42,725 nucleotides of DNA from a virus. Below are positions 40,468 to 42,725 of this stretch, piece after piece. A program made the translations under genes and the position numbers. The notes beneath the pieces were generated by a model. The model was not told the DNA's origin, ran no database searches, and was given only the letters and a program-made list of their open reading frames with translations. How positions within the stretch are numbered: position 1 is the stretch's first letter; the number at the start of each line of letters is the position of its first letter. The stretch covers positions 1 through 42,725 of the IMG/VR virus record IMGVR_UViG_3300020202_000040; one strand, given 5' to 3'.

Positions 40468-41315
40468 CCGGCGAACCTGTACAGATCCTCCACGGCGACA
40501 ACCTCGACATCATGCGGGCCATGCGCGACAAGTGCGTGGACCTGGTTGTGACCTCGCCACCTTACGAAGACGCTCGCCAGTATGCCGAGCTGCAGTTCAG
40601 GCTTCGCGGGCAGGCGTGGGTTGATTGGGCCGTACCGCGATACCTGGAATGCCTCCGCGTGTGTCGCGGGCTAGTCGCGTGGGTCATCGAGGGAAAGACA
40701 CGTAAGTATCGATGGTCTGCCACTCCGGCTCTGTTCATGGCCGACCTGCACCGTGCGGGCGTACACCTCCGCAAGCCTCCGATCTTCAAGCGTGTCGGCA
40801 TCCCCGGTAGTGGCGGGCCGGATTGGTGGCGCAACGACTATGAGATCGTGGTGTGCGCCACGCGCGGAGGGCGGCTGCCGTGGTCGTGCAACACCGCCAC
40901 CGGCAGACCACCGAAGTACGCTCCGGGCGGCGCACCATCTCACCGAATGGCCAACGGCCGCCGTGTAGCAGTCATGCACACAAAGACCATGGCGGATGGG
41001 TCAAAGAGGAAGCAGGGGTACAACCCTCCAGCAATCGCGAACCCTGGGAATGTGATTGAGTGCCAAGTCGGCGGTGGTCGCATGGGCTCGCCTATTGCCC
41101 ACGAGAACGAAGCTCCATTCCCCGAGTCCTTGGTTGAACCCTTTGTTCTCTGCTACTGCCCACCGGGCGGCGTGGTGCTGGACCCGTTCAGTGGAAGCGG
41201 CACGACGGCGAAGGTGGCGATGAAGCACGGGCGCCGGGCAATCGCGATTGACGAGAGAGTGTGCCAAATCGAGTGCACGACTAGGCGGGTTCAAGAGGTT
41301 GGACAGGTAGCGTGA
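40461..41315 (+). CDS. Orphan DNA methyltransferase (N4-C/N6-A, beta class)
   Basis: Motif IV VVTSPPY near the N-terminus, motif I VLDPFSGSGTTAKVA near the C-terminus; no adjacent restriction enzyme. Confidence 0.85.
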   Translation: MLTGEPVQILHGDNLDIMRAMRDKCVDLVVTSPPYEDARQYAELQFRLRGQAWVDWAVPRYLECLRVCRGLVAWVIEGKTRKYRWSATPALFMADLHRAGVHLRKPPIFKRVGIPGSGGPDWWRNDYEIVVCATRGGRLPWSCNTATGRPPKYAPGGAPSHRMANGRRVAVMHTKTMADGSKRKQGYNPPAIANPGNVIECQVGGGRMGSPIAHENEAPFPESLVEPFVLCYCPPGGVVLDPFSGSGTTAKVAMKHGRRAIAIDERVCQIECTTRRVQEVGQVA

Positions 41316-41348
41316 AACCACCCCCTCGGGCGTGGGCAAGGAGGCGTG

Positions 41349-41828
41349 ATGCGAGTGCTGGCGATTGATCCGGGACCGACGGAGAGTGCTTACGCCATCT
41401 ACAACGGTCGCATTGTGGAGAGGTTCGAGAAGGTGCCGAACAACCGCATGAACCACATCCTTACGCACCCGAGTGCGCACCCGTGCGACTACCTCCACTC
41501 GGTTGTCATCGAGCAGATTGCCAGCATGGGCATGGCGGTGGGCGAGGAAGTGTTTGAAACGTGCGTGTGGACCGGGCGGTTCATTGAGTCCGCCGATCGC
41601 GCGGGCCTGCGTGTGAACCGGGTCAAGCGTACCGAGGTCAAGATGCACCTGTGCGGGTCGATGCAGGCCCGCGACAGCAACATCCGCCAAGCCCTCATCG
41701 ACCGCTTCGGCGGCAAGGACGAGGCGATTGGGAAGAAGAAGAACCCCGGCCCGCTGTACGGCGTGAGCGGGGACGTGTGGTCAGCCCTTGCGGTGGGGCT
41801 GACGTGGATGGACAGGCAGGCCAACTAG
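41349..41828 (+). CDS. RuvC-like Holliday junction resolvase
   Basis: AAGGAGG at 41338; VLAIDPGPT (catalytic Asp), VIEQI (Glu), GDVWSALAVG (C-terminal Asp). Confidence 0.7.
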   Translation: MRVLAIDPGPTESAYAIYNGRIVERFEKVPNNRMNHILTHPSAHPCDYLHSVVIEQIASMGMAVGEEVFETCVWTGRFIESADRAGLRVNRVKRTEVKMHLCGSMQARDSNIRQALIDRFGGKDEAIGKKKNPGPLYGVSGDVWSALAVGLTWMDRQAN

Positions 41829-41848
41829 CCCACGGGCAGGAGGATCGG

Positions 41849-42454
41849 ATGAGCCATTGCGATAAGTGCGGACTGGCGATACAGACGTGTGGGTGCCCTC
41901 GCCGCCCCATGACCGTTACGAACGCGGGCGGGGAGAGGGTTGAGACGATGACGCAGATGGACGCTTACGAGCGGTGCGGCCCGGTGTCCCACGAGGAAGC
42001 CAACACCATCGCGCTGAAGTTCATCAACCAGCACTTCAAGAACCCCGACAAGGAGCGGCCCCGTACGTCGATCCCTGCGGACCCGACGCGGGACGACGAC
42101 CTGCGGCTCATGGCGTACATCCGCCAGCAGCAGAATCCCACCCCACCCCCCGACGCGGCCAAGGCTAGTGACGACCTGCTCCGCGAGGTGTGGGAGTTCG
42201 TTGATCTCAAAATGGCAACGGGCAACGACCGGAACGCCTTGCTCACCATGATCGGCGCGCGAGTTTACAACCTCGGCAAGTCCAAGCAGCCCGACGCGGC
42301 GAGGGCGGTGGTGGAGGCGGCGGAACTGGTGTACGACCGCTTCATTCGCGGATACGCCGACATGGATGTTCACTCCGCGATTCGCGCGCTGGGCGACGCC
42401 ATCACCGCGCACAAGCGGGCCACCTACGACGCGACCGCGAAGGGAGGGGTGTGA
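41849..42454 (+). CDS. Hypothetical protein with N-terminal zinc ribbon (201 aa)
   Basis: GGAGGA at 41839; CDKCGLAIQTCGC; internal ATG of track ORF 41651-42454. Confidence 0.6.
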   Translation: MSHCDKCGLAIQTCGCPRRPMTVTNAGGERVETMTQMDAYERCGPVSHEEANTIALKFINQHFKNPDKERPRTSIPADPTRDDDLRLMAYIRQQQNPTPPPDAAKASDDLLREVWEFVDLKMATGNDRNALLTMIGARVYNLGKSKQPDAARAVVEAAELVYDRFIRGYADMDVHSAIRALGDAITAHKRATYDATAKGGV

Positions 42455-42455
42455 G

Positions 42456-42725
42456 ATGAGCAAGTCACCAACGGCCAAAGCGAAGTACGCACAGCGGCTC
42501 GCCAGCCAGAAGGCTCACAAGGAAGCCAAGAGGGTTCAGCAGTTCGAGCGCGACAAGTGCACCGGCTGCGGGGCCAAACATGGCGAGCGTCACCGGACCG
42601 GATGTACATGGGCTGAGGAGTTCCGGCGGCTCAACGAGGTCCGCCTTGGGATACCGGCGGCGATGTTCGACGGAGGCACAGGCGTCACAGCGACCCTCGC
42701 CGCATTGCTGACAGGACGGAGGCAC
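42456..42725 (+). CDS. Junction-spanning small basic CxxC protein (5' part; continues at position 128 of the circle and stops at 136)
   Basis: ATG 42456 lies 1 nt after the upstream stop; MSKSPTAKAKYAQRLASQKAHKEAKRVQQFERDKCTGCGAKHGERHRTGC...; open to the window end. Confidence 0.6.
   Translation, partial: MSKSPTAKAKYAQRLASQKAHKEAKRVQQFERDKCTGCGAKHGERHRTGCTWAEEFRRLNEVRLGIPAAMFDGGTGVTATLAALLTGRRH
42599..42725. repeat. Terminal direct repeat, copy 2
   Basis: Identical to 1-127. Confidence 0.95.

Larger units (their letters stand above)
1..42725. mobile_element. Complete temperate tailed-phage genome (HK97-fold capsid, siphovirus-type gene order); contig closes on itself
   Basis: Terminase, portal, protease, capsid, connector, tail tube, tape measure, fibre, tyrosine integrase, recombination and replication genes all present; the first 127 nt equal the last 127 nt. 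Confidence 0.85.

Noticed and set aside
39150-40493. 447-aa minus-strand ORF, the longest unexplained ORF in the track. Similar long antisense ORFs occur at 1159-2283, 6373-7293, 8141-9148, 14054-14911, 24399-25307, 30909-31775, 31833-32726, 32767-33672 and 33969-34853.
   Set aside because: These are shadow ORFs typical of GC-rich DNA. They have R/P/A/G/S-dominated low-complexity translations and run opposite to tightly coupled + strand genes that carry recognisable domains. They show no SD sites or start/stop coupling.
1-42725. Searched by eye for a reverse transcriptase (DGR or retron), cas genes, rRNA, canonical tRNAs, transposase/IS elements, partition genes and a CI-type S24 repressor.
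   Set aside because: No corresponding motifs or ORFs were recognised. This absence is based on manual inspection only and should be confirmed by profile searches.

Overview
This window is one complete genome of a GC-rich temperate tailed phage or excised prophage. The first 127 nt (1-127) are identical to the last 127 nt (42599-42725), so the contig closes on itself. The unique length is 42,598 bp, and one small ORF (42456 -> 136) spans the junction. All function calls come from motifs I recognise by eye in the supplied translations; no database search was possible.

Gene order on the + strand unless noted:
- 0.1-3.7 kb: small early/accessory genes, including a Lar-type restriction-alleviation protein, three tandem ABA-sandwich-like paralogs and a DnaA-domain-IV-like HTH protein.
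- 3.8-5.3 kb: membrane, lipoprotein and PKD-like secreted proteins.
- 5.4-25.8 kb: small and large terminase, a portal fused to a MuF/SPP1-gp7 domain, an HslV/proteasome-like Ntn hydrolase, an HK97-type prohead protease, a 0.5-kb repeat-rich non-coding island, the HK97-fold major capsid, connectors, tail tube, tape measure and fibre/baseplate proteins. The fibre region includes a beta-helix protein and a very Cys-rich protein with four tandem repeats. A reverse-strand two-gene cassette sits where tail-chaperone genes normally lie.
- 25.9-27.3 kb: a leftward five-gene translationally coupled operon headed by a small HTH protein.
- 27.3-29.9 kb: a switch region, an aberrant tRNA-shaped RNA gene, a Tat-signal ORF, and a tyrosine integrase with a long, compositionally odd C-terminal tail that contains a tRNA 3'-end mimic.
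- 29.8-42.7 kb: the early/replication module. It holds Ead/Ea22-like paralogs, a wHTH protein, a CsrA homolog, a Cas4-like exonuclease plus RecT-like annealase, a replication organiser, a DnaC-like loader, HNH, a beta sliding clamp, an SPPY DNA methyltransferase and a RuvC-like resolvase.

Most adjacent genes overlap by ATGA/GTGA/TTGA, which indicates translational coupling. Many six-frame track starts were moved to these internal coupled starts.

Shine-Dalgarno GGAGG sites, a Tat signal, a lipobox, CsrA and the beta clamp all point to a bacterial host. I could not recognise a holin, an endolysin, tail-assembly chaperones or a CI-type (S24) repressor.

The most interesting items are:
- the tRNA-shaped element with a 60-nt rod in place of an anticodon arm (27382-27494);
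- the antisense cassette in the tail module (17712-18452);
- the proteasome-like gene in the head module (9967-10500);
- the iteron-like non-coding island (11541-12067);
- the probable attP inside the integrase 3' extension;
- the disulfide-rich repeat fibre protein.
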